This document shows, in pieces, positions 20,054-29,456 of a stretch of DNA of 64,000 nucleotides; positions within the stretch are counted from its first letter, which is position 1; the number at the start of each line of letters is the position of its first letter. The position numbers and the translations under genes are program-made. The notes below the pieces were generated by a model. The model made no database searches. It saw nothing but the letters and a program-made list of their open reading frames with translations, and was not told where the DNA came from. Source of the DNA: Flavisolibacter sp. (lineage in GTDB: Bacteria > Bacteroidota > Bacteroidia > Chitinophagales > Chitinophagaceae); the NCBI GenBank assembly GCA_028288675.1, contig JAQBNG010000127.1, positions 21,654 to 85,653 of the forward strand, in the 5' to 3' direction.

Positions 20054-20488
20054 ATGAAATTTACTTTGGACAATAAGGACCTGACGGACGGCTTCTTTGA
20101 AGACGCCAGGTTGCTGGGCATCATGGCTCCTATAAAAGATTACCTTTTTTGCTGGCAGGTAAATAGCCTTCTCGGTGTTGACTTTCGTATTAATAACGAG
20201 CTGGAAATAGAACTGAAGAAAAAAGGCCGCAACTATTTTTTCCCCTTGTACGAGTATGCGCAGCCCTCCACTTGTCTTATGCATTATTTATACAATAATC
20301 AGCACGATGGCGAATACTTATTGCCCGAATTTAAGCACCTTGATTTTTTGTGGCTATTAAAGGATGATCATGTACCGGAAGATTATGTAAGCGATCTTAT
20401 TTATTCACTGAAGTCTATTAATGGTGTGCAGTTGGTAGTGGAACTTACAAACGAAAAAATTAAGAATAAAGAGCATTTGGTGTTTTAG
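20054..20488 (+). CDS. IPExxxVDY family protein
   Basis: Typical N-terminal acidic patch and LLGI, with YLLPEFKHLDF as a variant of the family motif. Confidence 0.8.
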   Translation: MKFTLDNKDLTDGFFEDARLLGIMAPIKDYLFCWQVNSLLGVDFRINNELEIELKKKGRNYFFPLYEYAQPSTCLMHYLYNNQHDGEYLLPEFKHLDFLWLLKDDHVPEDYVSDLIYSLKSINGVQLVVELTNEKIKNKEHLVF

Positions 20489-20502
20489 GAAATTAGCAAA
20501 AA

Positions 20503-20682
20503 ATGAAAATTGCAGCAAAAGAAGGGGAAGAAACGCAATACTGGTTACAGCTATGTATTTATTCTAAAAATTAGCCAGACTGCAACACAGTGGAAGAGAT
20601 TAATAAATTATTAGGAAAGATTATCTCTACATCAAAACGAAACAATCCATTTTCTTATTTATTAAGTTTCTTCATTTTATAA
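20503..20682 (+). pseudogene. 3' remnant of a four-helix-bundle (23S rRNA IVP / TIGR02436-like) gene with an in-frame stop
   Basis: Manual translation: KMKIAAKEGEETQYWLQLCIYSKN*PDCNTVEEINKLLGKIISTSKRNNPFSYLLSFFIL*. KIAAKE.EET.YWL is the family signature. TAG at 20572-20574; the N-terminal two thirds are missing. Confidence 0.8.
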
Positions 20683-20727
20683 AACCATTTTCACAATTTC
20701 ATATTGCTAATTTTCAAATTATTCATC

Positions 20728-20955
20728 ATGTGGAAGGAAATTGACAACACACTTTATCAAAAATTTACTTTCAAAGACTTCAGCGAAGCCTTTGCTTTTA
20801 TGACAAGAGTTGCGCTGCTTGCAGAGAAAATGGATCATCATCCCCGTTGGACCAATGTTTGGAATACTGTAGAAATCTGGTTAAATACCCATGATGCCGG
20901 AAACACCATAACAGATAAAGACAGAAAGCTGGCAAAACAAATTGATGCTTTATAA
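20728..20955 (+). CDS. phhB: Pterin-4-alpha-carbinolamine dehydratase
   Basis: [11 protein letters not shown]...[15 protein letters not shown]...THDAG.ITDKD. ATG 20728 preferred. Confidence 0.92.
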   Translation: MWKEIDNTLYQKFTFKDFSEAFAFMTRVALLAEKMDHHPRWTNVWNTVEIWLNTHDAGNTITDKDRKLAKQIDAL

Positions 20956-21055
20956 CTCCGGAGTTCCGGCATAAACTTGTATATCCGGCCGTAGCATTCT
21001 ACATTAGCCGCCGGTCATCGGCCGAACTAATAGCTAACCAATCAATCTACCAATT

Positions 21056-21820
21056 ATGCCATTGAAATTTGTTGTATTTATTTTCTTTCTTATTTTTTTC
21101 AGTAAAAATTCAGGCGCACAAATAAATCACTCCACTAACGATGAAGCGCATCGTTTTAATTTGGTAAAAGTCAACATTACTTCGCTACCTCTGAAAAATC
21201 TTTCAATGCAGTATGAAAGAATTTTATCAGGAAGAGTTTCTGTTGCCATTGGCGTTCGCTACATGCCTTCCACGAGTATTCCATTTAAAAATACAGTGGC
21301 GAATATTGTGGATGGAGATGAGGACGTAACGGCTTTAATTACAAAAATGAGGCTTAGCAATTTTGCCGCTACACCAGAAGTACGTTTTTACCTTGGCAAG
21401 GGCTATGGTCAAGGCTTCTATATTGCTCCCTACTACCGTTATGTACGATTTTCAACCGATGTAGTGCCCGTAAATTATACGGCTACAACCGGCGTTAACA
21501 GAAGTGTAGAACTAAGCGGCGACTTTAGTGCTAACACCGGTGGAATTATGTTGGGTGCCCAATGGCTGAAGGGTAAACATCTCACATTTGACTGGTGGAT
21601 CATTGGCGCCCATTATGGCTCTGGCAGTGGTAATTTTACAGGGGTGCCCGGTGCGCCGCTTACACCTGGCGAGCAGAATGCAATACGCCAAACCCTGGAA
21701 GAAATTGATATACCACTGGTAGAGAAAACTATTTCGGTAACAGCTAACCAGGTAGCTGCAAAATTTGACGGGCCGTTTGGCGGTTTGCGGGCTGGTATAC
21801 TATTAGGGTTTAGGTTTTAA
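21056..21820 (+). CDS. DUF3575-like outer-membrane beta-barrel protein
   Basis: Signal peptide, NLVKVNI...QYERI, PEVRFY, C-terminal GILLGFRF. Confidence 0.7.
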   Translation: MPLKFVVFIFFLIFFSKNSGAQINHSTNDEAHRFNLVKVNITSLPLKNLSMQYERILSGRVSVAIGVRYMPSTSIPFKNTVANIVDGDEDVTALITKMRLSNFAATPEVRFYLGKGYGQGFYIAPYYRYVRFSTDVVPVNYTATTGVNRSVELSGDFSANTGGIMLGAQWLKGKHLTFDWWIIGAHYGSGSGNFTGVPGAPLTPGEQNAIRQTLEEIDIPLVEKTISVTANQVAAKFDGPFGGLRAGILLGFRF

Positions 21821-21843
21821 TCAAATTTTGAGACCAATGCTTT

Positions 21844-22890
21844 CTATGCAAGCACTTTAATACATTTTTCAGTTTTAGAAACGCATCTTCCAATAGGTGA
21901 TAAATAATCTGCAAGTCCTGCATTGTTGAATACAGCTTGCAGGGCTTCTGCATTTTTAGCAGCAATCAGCAACCCTCCATTTGTTTGGGGATCGGGCAAA
22001 ACATTGAGTGCTTCTGCTAAATCCACACTATCGTCTATTTGTACTTTACTGCCATAGCTGTTCCAGTTGCGGGAGGTAGCGCCGGGAATAGTACCATGGT
22101 TCAAATAATCTTTTAGCCCCATAATTTTTGGCAACGCGGAGTACCTTAGCTCTATACTCACATTGCTGCCTTCAGCCATTTCAACCAGGTGACCCATCAG
22201 CCCAAAACCGGTAACATCGGTCATGGCATGAACATCATCCAGGCCGCCTAATAATTCACCAACCTTGTTTAAGGTTGTCAATTGTTTCAACAAAACCGTA
22301 TAGTGTTCTGCCTGCAGTAAACCCCTTTTTATTGCGGTTGACAAAACTCCTACGCCAAGTGGTTTGGTAAGAAAGAGCAGGTCGCCTTCTTGTGCTGCAT
22401 TGTTCTTTTTTATATGCGCCGGATGTACAGTTCCGGTTACAGCTAAACCAAAAATAGGTTCAAGGGAATCAATTGTATGGCCGCCAGCCAACGGAATGCC
22501 GGCTTCAGCACAAATACTTCTGCCACCCTCTAAAACCTGTTGCGCTACCTGGGGCGAAAGCTTGTTTACCGGCCAGCCAAGAATAGCAATTGCCATCAGT
22601 GGCTTTCCTCCCATGGCATATACATCACTGATGGCATTGGCTGCAGCAATGCGTCCAAAAGCAAAAGCATCATCCACAATCGGCATAAAAAAGTCAGTGG
22701 TTGAAATGATGGCCGTTTCATCGTTGATCTGATACACTGCTGCATCATCGCTGCTTTCATTACCTACCAACAAGGAGGCAAATGAACTTTTGTCTTCGGT
22801 TTTCAACATTTGCTGCAAAACCGATGGCGCTATTTTACAGCCGCACCCACCGCCTTTTGAAAACTGTGTAAGCTTTATTTCTTCCTGCAT
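21844..22890 (-). CDS. selD: Selenide, water dikinase (Cys form)
   Basis: GGGCGCKI, SDDAAVY, TTDFFMP, NAISDVYAMGG, GGHT, TDVTGFGL, DPQTNGGLL. Confidence 0.97.
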   Translation of the reverse strand: MQEEIKLTQFSKGGGCGCKIAPSVLQQMLKTEDKSSFASLLVGNESSDDAAVYQINDETAIISTTDFFMPIVDDAFAFGRIAAANAISDVYAMGGKPLMAIAILGWPVNKLSPQVAQQVLEGGRSICAEAGIPLAGGHTIDSLEPIFGLAVTGTVHPAHIKKNNAAQEGDLLFLTKPLGVGVLSTAIKRGLLQAEHYTVLLKQLTTLNKVGELLGGLDDVHAMTDVTGFGLMGHLVEMAEGSNVSIELRYSALPKIMGLKDYLNHGTIPGATSRNWNSYGSKVQIDDSVDLAEALNVLPDPQTNGGLLIAAKNAEALQAVFNNAGLADYLSPIGRCVSKTEKCIKVLA

Positions 22891-22895
22891 AAAAT

Positions 22896-24038
22896 TTATT
22901 GGGTTACCTGAACGTGCGAAATTATGAAAGCATTTTTAGGTGTTACGGTTTCGCATGCAATGGTGGTAAGTAAAGCATCCAGGCTTTGCCGGGAATGCAA
23001 ACCTTTCAAATAGTGTTTATCATAATAATGTAACAGAATACGAAAGCACTCTTTTACATTATTTTCTTCCAAATGTTGCAAAGCTGTTTTTGTTTCTAAT
23101 GGCCCCAGACGCTTTTTGATTCGTTCAATGGCATCGGATAATTTCTCTTTTTCACACTGGCTGTATTCTTCAGTAATATGTTGAAGGCGCTCTTCAAACG
23201 GAATGTCTAAAAAGTAAATAGGTGATCCCCGCATATTTTGCCACAGGCCACCGGGAATATTCAGGTTGCCGATGCGCTGGCTTTCATCTTCTAACCACAA
23301 AGAGTTTGGAGTTTGGAGTTTAGGGTTTGGGGTTATCTCCGCAGGTTCATCATTCACTATTGGCCAATTACATCTCTCATGGCTCACGGCTAAAAGCTCT
23401 AAGCTGAGCCTGTTCTCAAACATTTCCTGCGATGGCTGCATAGGCATATTAATACTGCCGAATGCAGAACCTTTATGTGAAGCGAGACCTTCTAAATCTA
23501 TCACTGCTTCACCAGCTTGTTGCAGTTGTTGAAGCACTTCTGTTTTACCTGAACCAGTGTAGCCGCCCAAGATTTTAAAAGGGTAAGGTTGTTCAAAAGA
23601 TTTTAATACATAGTTGCGAAAAGCCTTGTAGCCACCTGCCAAAACCGTTACGTTAAACCCGTACATATTTAGCAACCACGAAACAGCACCACTACGCATA
23701 CCACCCCGCCAGCAGTAGAGAAATACGCATTTAGCAATTGGCAACTGGCAATTTTTTTCGATGCTTATTGCAGATTGCTTATTGCCAATTAATCTCTCCA
23801 CTTCCTCCACCATCCCCCGCATCTTAGGACCAAAATAATCAAGGCCTATTTTGATAGCATCTTCCCTGCTTCTTTGCTTATAAGCAGTACCTACAACCCG
23901 CCGTTCTTCATCGGTAAACAAGGGGAAACTTATAGCACCGGGAATGCAGGCATGATTGTATTCCGATGGCGAACGCACATCGAGTAATAGACCCTCACTG
24001 CTTCCCTTTAAAAATTCTTCAACCTGTGTCCGCCTCAT
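22896..24038 (-). CDS. selU: tRNA 2-selenouridine(34) synthase with two in-frame repeat-derived insertions
   Basis: DVRSPSEY rhodanese domain, YCWRGGMRS, GGYKAFR, GYTGSGKT P-loop, DLEGLASHKGSAFG, EDESQRIG. Confidence 0.95.
   Translation of the reverse strand: MRRTQVEEFLKGSSEGLLLDVRSPSEYNHACIPGAISFPLFTDEERRVVGTAYKQRSREDAIKIGLDYFGPKMRGMVEEVERLIGNKQSAISIEKNCQLPIAKCVFLYCWRGGMRSGAVSWLLNMYGFNVTVLAGGYKAFRNYVLKSFEQPYPFKILGGYTGSGKTEVLQQLQQAGEAVIDLEGLASHKGSAFGSINMPMQPSQEMFENRLSLELLAVSHERCNWPIVNDEPAEITPNPKLQTPNSLWLEDESQRIGNLNIPGGLWQNMRGSPIYFLDIPFEERLQHITEEYSQCEKEKLSDAIERIKKRLGPLETKTALQHLEENNVKECFRILLHYYDKHYLKGLHSRQSLDALLTTIACETVTPKNAFIISHVQVTQ
23302..23400 (-). repeat. In-frame heptamer repeat block inside selU
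   Basis: Five tandem 7-mers GAGTTTG GAGTTTG GAGTTTA GGGTTTG GGGTTAT (23302-23336), plus degenerate TTCA.. and CTCA.. periodic units. Translated as LLAVSHERCNWPIVNDEPAEITPNPKLQTPNS. Confidence 0.75.
23731..23792 (-). repeat. In-frame heptamer inverted repeat (NNGCAAT units) inside selU
   Basis: Sense strand TGGCAAT AAGCAAT CTGCAAT AAGCAT cgaaaaaa ATTGCCA GTTGCCA ATTGCTA. Encodes LIGNKQSAISIEKNCQLPIAK. Confidence 0.85.
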
Positions 24039-24043
24039 GTAAA

Positions 24044-24051
24044 CAAATGTA
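24044..24051 (-). promoter_or_regulatory. Bacteroidota -7 promoter box upstream of selU
   Basis: TACATTTG matches TAnnTTTG and sits 5 nt before the ATG. Confidence 0.55.
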
Positions 24052-24056
24052 TTGAT

Positions 24057-24083
24057 AAAAAGAAAGGCCCCGTAATGGGGCCT
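24057..24083 (-). terminator. Intrinsic terminator of the lipoprotein gene
   Basis: AGGCCCC/GGGGCCT stem followed on the minus strand by TTCTTTTT. Confidence 0.7.
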
Positions 24084-24119
24084 GCGTTATTTAATAAGGT
24101 TCGTAATACTAAAATGATT

Positions 24120-24761
24120 TTAATCCTGTTTCACTTTTCCGTTTTCATCAATCTTTGTTTTCTCGCCTGTTTTTTTATCCTTTATTTTCATTTTACCATC
24201 CGTTTCAAGCTTGATCTTTGTATCCTCGTCTTTCATTTTTACATCTCCATCTGTTTCAGTTTTTACCTTCATGCCATCGGTGGATTCCTTCCACTTTTTT
24301 TCCATATCGGTGTCTTCTGTTTTCCAACGGGTGTCATAATCTACCCACTTATCGCCATCGCCTTTATATCTCAGGCTGTTACCTTCCATTTGAGCTTCTC
24401 CCACCTGGTTCCAGTTTTCGCCACCATATACCCACCAGTTGCGGTTGTCAACATAGCGCCAAACTGGCTCACCGGCATCATCGGTAATGCTACCGGTACT
24501 GCGGTCAACCTTCAAACTTTTATACGCTTTACCGGTTCTTGGGTTGAGATAATACCCTTGCTGGCTATTTCTTTCCACACTATCAGCCATAGCAGCGTAC
24601 CTGCTTTCACTTGTAGTTGAAGTTACCGGTGTAGTAGCAGAACTAGCAGTAGTCGTACTACTCGAATCGGTTGTTCCTGATGTTGTACCTGTATCGTTGC
24701 ATGCGGTAAAACTTATGGCTACAGCGGCTGCAGCGCAAAAGCTTAAAAATTTTCTTTTCAT
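24120..24761 (-). CDS. Hypothetical lipoprotein with Ser/Thr linker and Lys/Asp-rich tail
   Basis: Lipobox FTAC, T/S-rich linker, Trp-rich core, KxKxExDG-like repeats at the C-terminus. Confidence 0.8.
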   Translation of the reverse strand: MKRKFLSFCAAAAVAISFTACNDTGTTSGTTDSSSTTTASSATTPVTSTTSESRYAAMADSVERNSQQGYYLNPRTGKAYKSLKVDRSTGSITDDAGEPVWRYVDNRNWWVYGGENWNQVGEAQMEGNSLRYKGDGDKWVDYDTRWKTEDTDMEKKWKESTDGMKVKTETDGDVKMKDEDTKIKLETDGKMKIKDKKTGEKTKIDENGKVKQD

Positions 24762-24815
24762 AATTAATACGATTTGTTTCTACCTGAGCTTACAAAAATG
24801 AGACCAATGGCAGAG

Positions 24816-24920
24816 CAGCAATCAGCAATAAGCAATTTACAATGGGCAAGCGTAAAATTAAATAGGCAAAGAAATCAGTCATTTCAACCTGATTTATTTG
24901 CCTATTGCTTATTGCCAATT
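24816..24920. repeat. NNGCAAT heptamer inverted repeat with an inner 18-bp stem, downstream of rho
   Basis: CAGCAAT CAGCAAT AAGCAAT TTACAAT ... ATTGCTT ATTGCCA ATT. Inner stem AATAGGCAAAGAAATCAG / CTGATTTATTTGCCTATT pairs at 17 of 18 positions. Confidence 0.8.
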
Positions 24921-24931
24921 TCTTATTAGTC

Positions 24932-26650
24932 TTACCTGTTCATCGAAGCCAAAAATTCTTCGTTGCTCTTCGTACCCCGCATACGCTTCAACAATTCATT
25001 CATTGCTTCTTCCGCATTCATATCATTAAGGTAAACACGCAGCAGGTTCATGCGTTGGAGCACTTCTTTATCCAGCAATAAATCATCGCGGCGGGTTGAT
25101 GAAGAGACTAAATCTATAGCGGGGAAAACTCTCCTGTTTGAAAGGCGGCGGTCTAACTGCAATTCCATGTTACCGGTTCCTTTGAATTCCTCAAAAATCA
25201 CCTCGTCCATTTTAGAACCGGTATCAACCAGGGCTGTGGCGATAATGGTTAATGAACCGCCATGTTCAATTTTACGGGCAGCGCCAAAAAACTGTTTTGG
25301 CTTCTGCATCGCATTGGCTTCCACACCACCAGACAATACTTTACCCGATGAAGGCGCCACCGTATTATGGGCACGGGCCAGGCGGGTAATAGAGTCTAAC
25401 AGAATAACTACGTCGTGCCCGCACTCAACCAAACGCTTTGCTTTTTGCAGCGCCACCGTAGAAACTTTTACGTGCTTTTCAGCAGGCTCGTCAAAAGTAG
25501 AGGCGATAACTTCGGCCCGTACACTACGTTCCATATCGGTAACTTCCTCAGGACGTTCATCTACCAATACCACCATCAGGTAACACTCAGGATGGTTTTT
25601 TGCAATGGCATTGGCCACTGCTTTCAGCAACATAGTTTTACCTGTTTTTGGCTGCGCCACAATTAGTCCGCGCTGGCCTTTACCAATAGGCGTGAACAGG
25701 TCCATAATGCGGGTGCTGTAATTATTGGCTTCATCAAAAAGGTTCAGCTTTTCGTAAGGGAAAAGTGGAGTGAGGTAATCGAATGGAATACGATCCCTTA
25801 CTTCTTCGGGGCTTTTACCGTTAATGCTTTCCACCTTTAATAAAGCAAAATATTTTTCGCCTTCTTTTGGCGGACGAACAGAACCCGTAACGGTATCGCC
25901 GGTTTTTAAACCAAAGAGTTTTATTTGTGAAGGTGATACGTAAATATCATCGGGAGAGGACAGGTAGTTATAATCAGAGGAGCGAAGGAAACCATAGCCA
26001 TCGGGCATCATTTCCAATACGCCTTCGGCCATAATGATACCATCAAACTCAATATTGAATGCCTGCTCCCGGCGTTGTGGTTGTTGTAATTGTTGTGGTG
26101 GCTGTTGTTGTTGCGGAAAAAATTTATTGATCTGGCTGCCTCTTTCCGGTATTTCAACGGGTGTCGATTCGGTTTGAGGTCCCTGTACTTTTTCCTCAGT
26201 TGAAGCATCGGTTGCCGGCACGTCGGTTACATTGCCATCTGGAACTTTGTTGTCAAATATTTCAGGCTGCTCCTCTTCGTGTTTTTTGCGGCCGCGTTTT
26301 AAAGGAGGCTTTTCCTGTGTTTTGCCCGCTGCCTTTTTAGCAACAACAGGTCTTTTTATTTCTTCTGTTACGGGTGGCGGAGGTGCCGGGGCCGGCTCAG
26401 AAGTATCTTCTACCACAGCCTCTTCAGTGGAGTTTGCAGTAGTTGCTTTTATTATACGCCTACGCTTGGGTTTATCGTCTGTTGCAGCCGCAGAAGCTTT
26501 TTGATTGCTGCCTCCAATAGCCTGCTTATCAAGAATCTTATAGACTAGTTCCTGCTTTGGTGATTTTTTGAAATTTTCAATTTTTAATGCTTCGGCTACA
26601 TCCTGCAATTCGGGGAGCAGCATGTCGTTCAACTGCAAAATATCGTACAT
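24932..26650 (-). CDS. rho: Transcription termination factor Rho with a long N-terminal insertion
   Basis: [52 protein letters not shown]. Confidence 0.98.
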   Translation of the reverse strand: MYDILQLNDMLLPELQDVAEALKIENFKKSPKQELVYKILDKQAIGGSNQKASAAATDDKPKRRRIIKATTANSTEEAVVEDTSEPAPAPPPPVTEEIKRPVVAKKAAGKTQEKPPLKRGRKKHEEEQPEIFDNKVPDGNVTDVPATDASTEEKVQGPQTESTPVEIPERGSQINKFFPQQQQPPQQLQQPQRREQAFNIEFDGIIMAEGVLEMMPDGYGFLRSSDYNYLSSPDDIYVSPSQIKLFGLKTGDTVTGSVRPPKEGEKYFALLKVESINGKSPEEVRDRIPFDYLTPLFPYEKLNLFDEANNYSTRIMDLFTPIGKGQRGLIVAQPKTGKTMLLKAVANAIAKNHPECYLMVVLVDERPEEVTDMERSVRAEVIASTFDEPAEKHVKVSTVALQKAKRLVECGHDVVILLDSITRLARAHNTVAPSSGKVLSGGVEANAMQKPKQFFGAARKIEHGGSLTIIATALVDTGSKMDEVIFEEFKGTGNMELQLDRRLSNRRVFPAIDLVSSSTRRDDLLLDKEVLQRMNLLRVYLNDMNAEEAMNELLKRMRGTKSNEEFLASMNR

Positions 26651-26934
26651 AGAAAGTGTGATTTAAAAAGGGCTAATCAAACCCGGATCTGTTGTTTAAA
26701 AGTTGATTGATTATTGAACGGAACTTTGTGAAAAACAGTGCTTGTAAGAGTATGAGGTTATAGCGCCTTTGGCCTGTTTCTGCTGCAAGTTTACGGTGAA
26801 AAGCGGAAAATGGAAAAATTTTTTTTAATGCTAGGCGTTAAAAATAGAAATGTGTTGGGGAAGAAAGCGGTTGAATAAAGTTCTGCGGGACGAAACGGTG
26901 TGGTGGAGTTCGCTGCTGTTTTTCGCATTGTCAT

Positions 26935-27726
26935 TTACTGTTCAGCAGCAAGGGATTGAGGCAGCATTAAAAGAAAAGGAATTGACTGTGAATAGTCAGG
27001 CATTTCATATTCCAACCCTAACATCCGGAGATTTTTATAATAGGTTTGATGATTCAGGTAATAGGATTTTTCCGATTGTATCAGCCAGGCTTTTTCTCCC
27101 AGCTTTTCCGCTAAAAACCATTTTTCTATAAGCCTTGAGGTTCGTCCGTTACCATCATCAAATGGATGAATTTTTACAAAGACAAGATGCAGTAAAGAAG
27201 CAAAGAAAAATGTTTCCTGAACTGACAACTGCATATTGATCAGAATTGCAAGATCGTTAAATAGTTTTTCCAATTCCTTTTCAACTGCAAAAGGCGAGGC
27301 AGCCACGTATTCAATTTTTCCATCGGGTGTAGTTACATACATATTGCCGGTTCTAGTTTTGCCCCCTCTTTTATCCGGTAAAATATTTTTCGTCAGCGTT
27401 TTATGTATCTGTATGATATTCTCTTTATTGCACCGGGCTGTTTTGGCAAACTGGTAAGCATTGTATAAGTCATCGATCTTACGGGTGTAATCAGGCAAAA
27501 ATTCTACGCCAAACCTTTTGTGTTTTATATAAGAGTCCAATTCAATGTTTTCGCCTTCAATTTTTGAAGAAAAAACGGCTGCTACAGAAGTTTAAAAACT
27601 AAATGTGTTTACAGACAATTCGCTTTCTTCCAATTGCTCATATCTTTTTAGAAGGGTATCATCTACAGCGCTACAATAAGCTTCTAAAACTGTTGTCGGC
27701 AATATTTCGAATCGGGTGTTTTTCAT
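26935..27726 (-). pseudogene. Fic family protein interrupted by an in-frame TAA
   Basis: From ATG 27726: MKNTRFEIL...NTFSF*TSVAAVFSSKIEGENIELDSYIKH..., in frame with track ORF 26935..27540. TAA at 27592-27594. Intact catalytic motif HPFDDGNGRTSR and inhibitory motif SSKIEG. Confidence 0.85.
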
Positions 27727-27881
27727 TAATTAAAAAAGGATACTTTTTGGCTCAATTTAAAAATAAAAATACGCCTTCCTGTACACTGCCTAGTAAGTGA
27801 ACAATATCTCCCTGTACTTGTCTGCTGTCAACCTGGGCTTTCTCAGATATAAACCTGTTTACAATTCAACCTGCCAACGGC

Positions 27882-27889
27882 TATCTTTG
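27882..27889 (+). promoter_or_regulatory. -7 promoter box for asnS
   Basis: TATCTTTG, 18 nt upstream of ATG 27908. Confidence 0.6.
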
Positions 27890-27907
27890 CCGCCTTTAAA
27901 ACGGCTT

Positions 27908-29344
27908 ATGTTCAACAAACGAATCAAAATAAAAGAGCTTTTAAATACAGCACCACAAGAGCAACAGGTAACCGTAATGGGCTGGGTGCGCACCTTTCGC
28001 AACAACCAGTTTGTAGCATTAAATGATGGCTCAACTAATAATAATTTACAAATTGTATTAGAGCTGGGAAAGCACGATGAGGAACTGCTGAAACGCATCA
28101 CAACATCGGCTTCTTTAAAAGTAACAGGCACTCTAATTGAATCGTTAGGCAAAGGACAAAAAGTGGAGGTAAAGGCAGAGGCAGTGGAAATATTAGGCGA
28201 TAGCGATGCAGAAAAATATCCGTTACAACCCAAAAAACATAGCCTTGAATTTTTGCGGGAGAAAGCGCATTTGCGTTTTCGCACCAATACGTTTAGCTCC
28301 GTATTCCGGGTACGTCATTCGCTGGCATTTGCCACACATAAATTTTTTAATGATAAGGGTTTCTTCTACCTGCATACGCCTATCATCACGGCATCCGATG
28401 CAGAAGGCGCCGGCGAAACATTCAGGGTATCTACATTGCCATTTGATAATCCGCCACGGGCTGAAGACGGCAGCATTAATTATAGTGAAGATTTTTTTGG
28501 ACGTGCTACTAACCTTACCGTAAGCGGACAATTGGAAGGCGAATTAGGTGCAACTGCATTGGGTGAAGTTTACACTTTCGGCCCAACTTTTAGGGCTGAA
28601 AATTCCAACACTGCCCGCCACCTTGCGGAGTTTTGGATGATAGAACCAGAGATGGCTTTTTGCGATTTAGAAGATAACGCCAACCTTGCTGAAGAATTTA
28701 TTCAATACATCATTCGCTATGCGATGGAGCATAATGCCGATGATTTGGAGTTCCTTCGCCAACGTTTATTAGAGGAAGAAAAAAGCAAGCCGCAAACAGA
28801 AAGAAATGAATTGGATCTACTACAAAAACTTCAATTAGTAGTGGATAATAAGTTTGAGCGAATTACCTACACGGAAGCGATTGATATCTTACTGCAAAGC
28901 AATCATTATAAAAAGAAAAAATTTCAGTACGATGTGAGTTGGGGCATTGATATGCAAAGCGAACACGAACGCTATTTGGTGGAAAAGCATTTTAAAAAAC
29001 CGGTGATCGTTACGGGCTATCCAAAAGAAATAAAGGCCTTTTACATGCGTCAGAATGAAGATGGGAAAACCGTAGCGGCTATGGATATTTTAGCGCCGGG
29101 CATTGGCGAAATCGTAGGCGGCAGCCAACGCGAAGAACGCTATGATAAACTGGTGGAGAGAATGAAAGAAATGCATGTACCGGTAGATGAACTCTGGTGG
29201 TATTTAGATACCCGCCGTTTTGGTACCGTGCCTCATGCCGGCTTTGGCTTAGGCTTTGAACGCATGGTGCAATTTGTAACGGGCATGGGTAATATCCGGG
29301 ATGTGATCCCTTTTCCAAGAACGCCGAAGAATGCGGAGTTTTAG
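27908..29344 (+). CDS. asnS: Asparagine--tRNA ligase
   Basis: [53 protein letters not shown] 27908 preferred over the track start at 27797. Confidence 0.98.
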   Translation: MFNKRIKIKELLNTAPQEQQVTVMGWVRTFRNNQFVALNDGSTNNNLQIVLELGKHDEELLKRITTSASLKVTGTLIESLGKGQKVEVKAEAVEILGDSDAEKYPLQPKKHSLEFLREKAHLRFRTNTFSSVFRVRHSLAFATHKFFNDKGFFYLHTPIITASDAEGAGETFRVSTLPFDNPPRAEDGSINYSEDFFGRATNLTVSGQLEGELGATALGEVYTFGPTFRAENSNTARHLAEFWMIEPEMAFCDLEDNANLAEEFIQYIIRYAMEHNADDLEFLRQRLLEEEKSKPQTERNELDLLQKLQLVVDNKFERITYTEAIDILLQSNHYKKKKFQYDVSWGIDMQSEHERYLVEKHFKKPVIVTGYPKEIKAFYMRQNEDGKTVAAMDILAPGIGEIVGGSQREERYDKLVERMKEMHVPVDELWWYLDTRRFGTVPHAGFGLGFERMVQFVTGMGNIRDVIPFPRTPKNAEF

Positions 29345-29422
29345 ATACGTATTTATAAGCCGAGGAGTTCCCTTGAAGTAATCAAGATATTTCTGCGGGA
29401 GACTTATCTCAGAAGAATAGCT

Positions 29423-29445
29423 GTTGACGGCAGGTGGCCGTCAAC
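29423..29445. terminator. Hairpin between convergent asnS and usp
   Basis: GTTGACGGC-AGGTG-GCCGTCAAC. Confidence 0.55.
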
Positions 29446-29456
29446 TCTACCTTATC

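Noticed and set aside
20572-20574. Stop-codon recoding (TAG as pyrrolysine, or an alternative genetic code)
   Set aside because: TAG and TAA end many normal genes here (e.g. ligD, IPExxxVDY, SNF2). The relic is also 5'-truncated, so decay is the simpler explanation.
21844-22890. Selenocysteine-containing SelD or a selenoprotein system
   Set aside because: The active-site residue is Cys (GGGCGCK), there is no in-frame TGA, and no selA/selB/selC is in the window.
23302-23336. CRISPR array or phase-variable simple repeat
   Set aside because: The units are 7 bp with no spacers and no cas genes. The copies are degenerate, unlike a homogeneous slippage tract.
24075-24620. Long antisense ORFs such as 24075..24620, 25050..25583 and 43926..44525
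   Set aside because: Shadows of well-supported opposite-strand genes; low-complexity or biased codons keep the antisense frames open.
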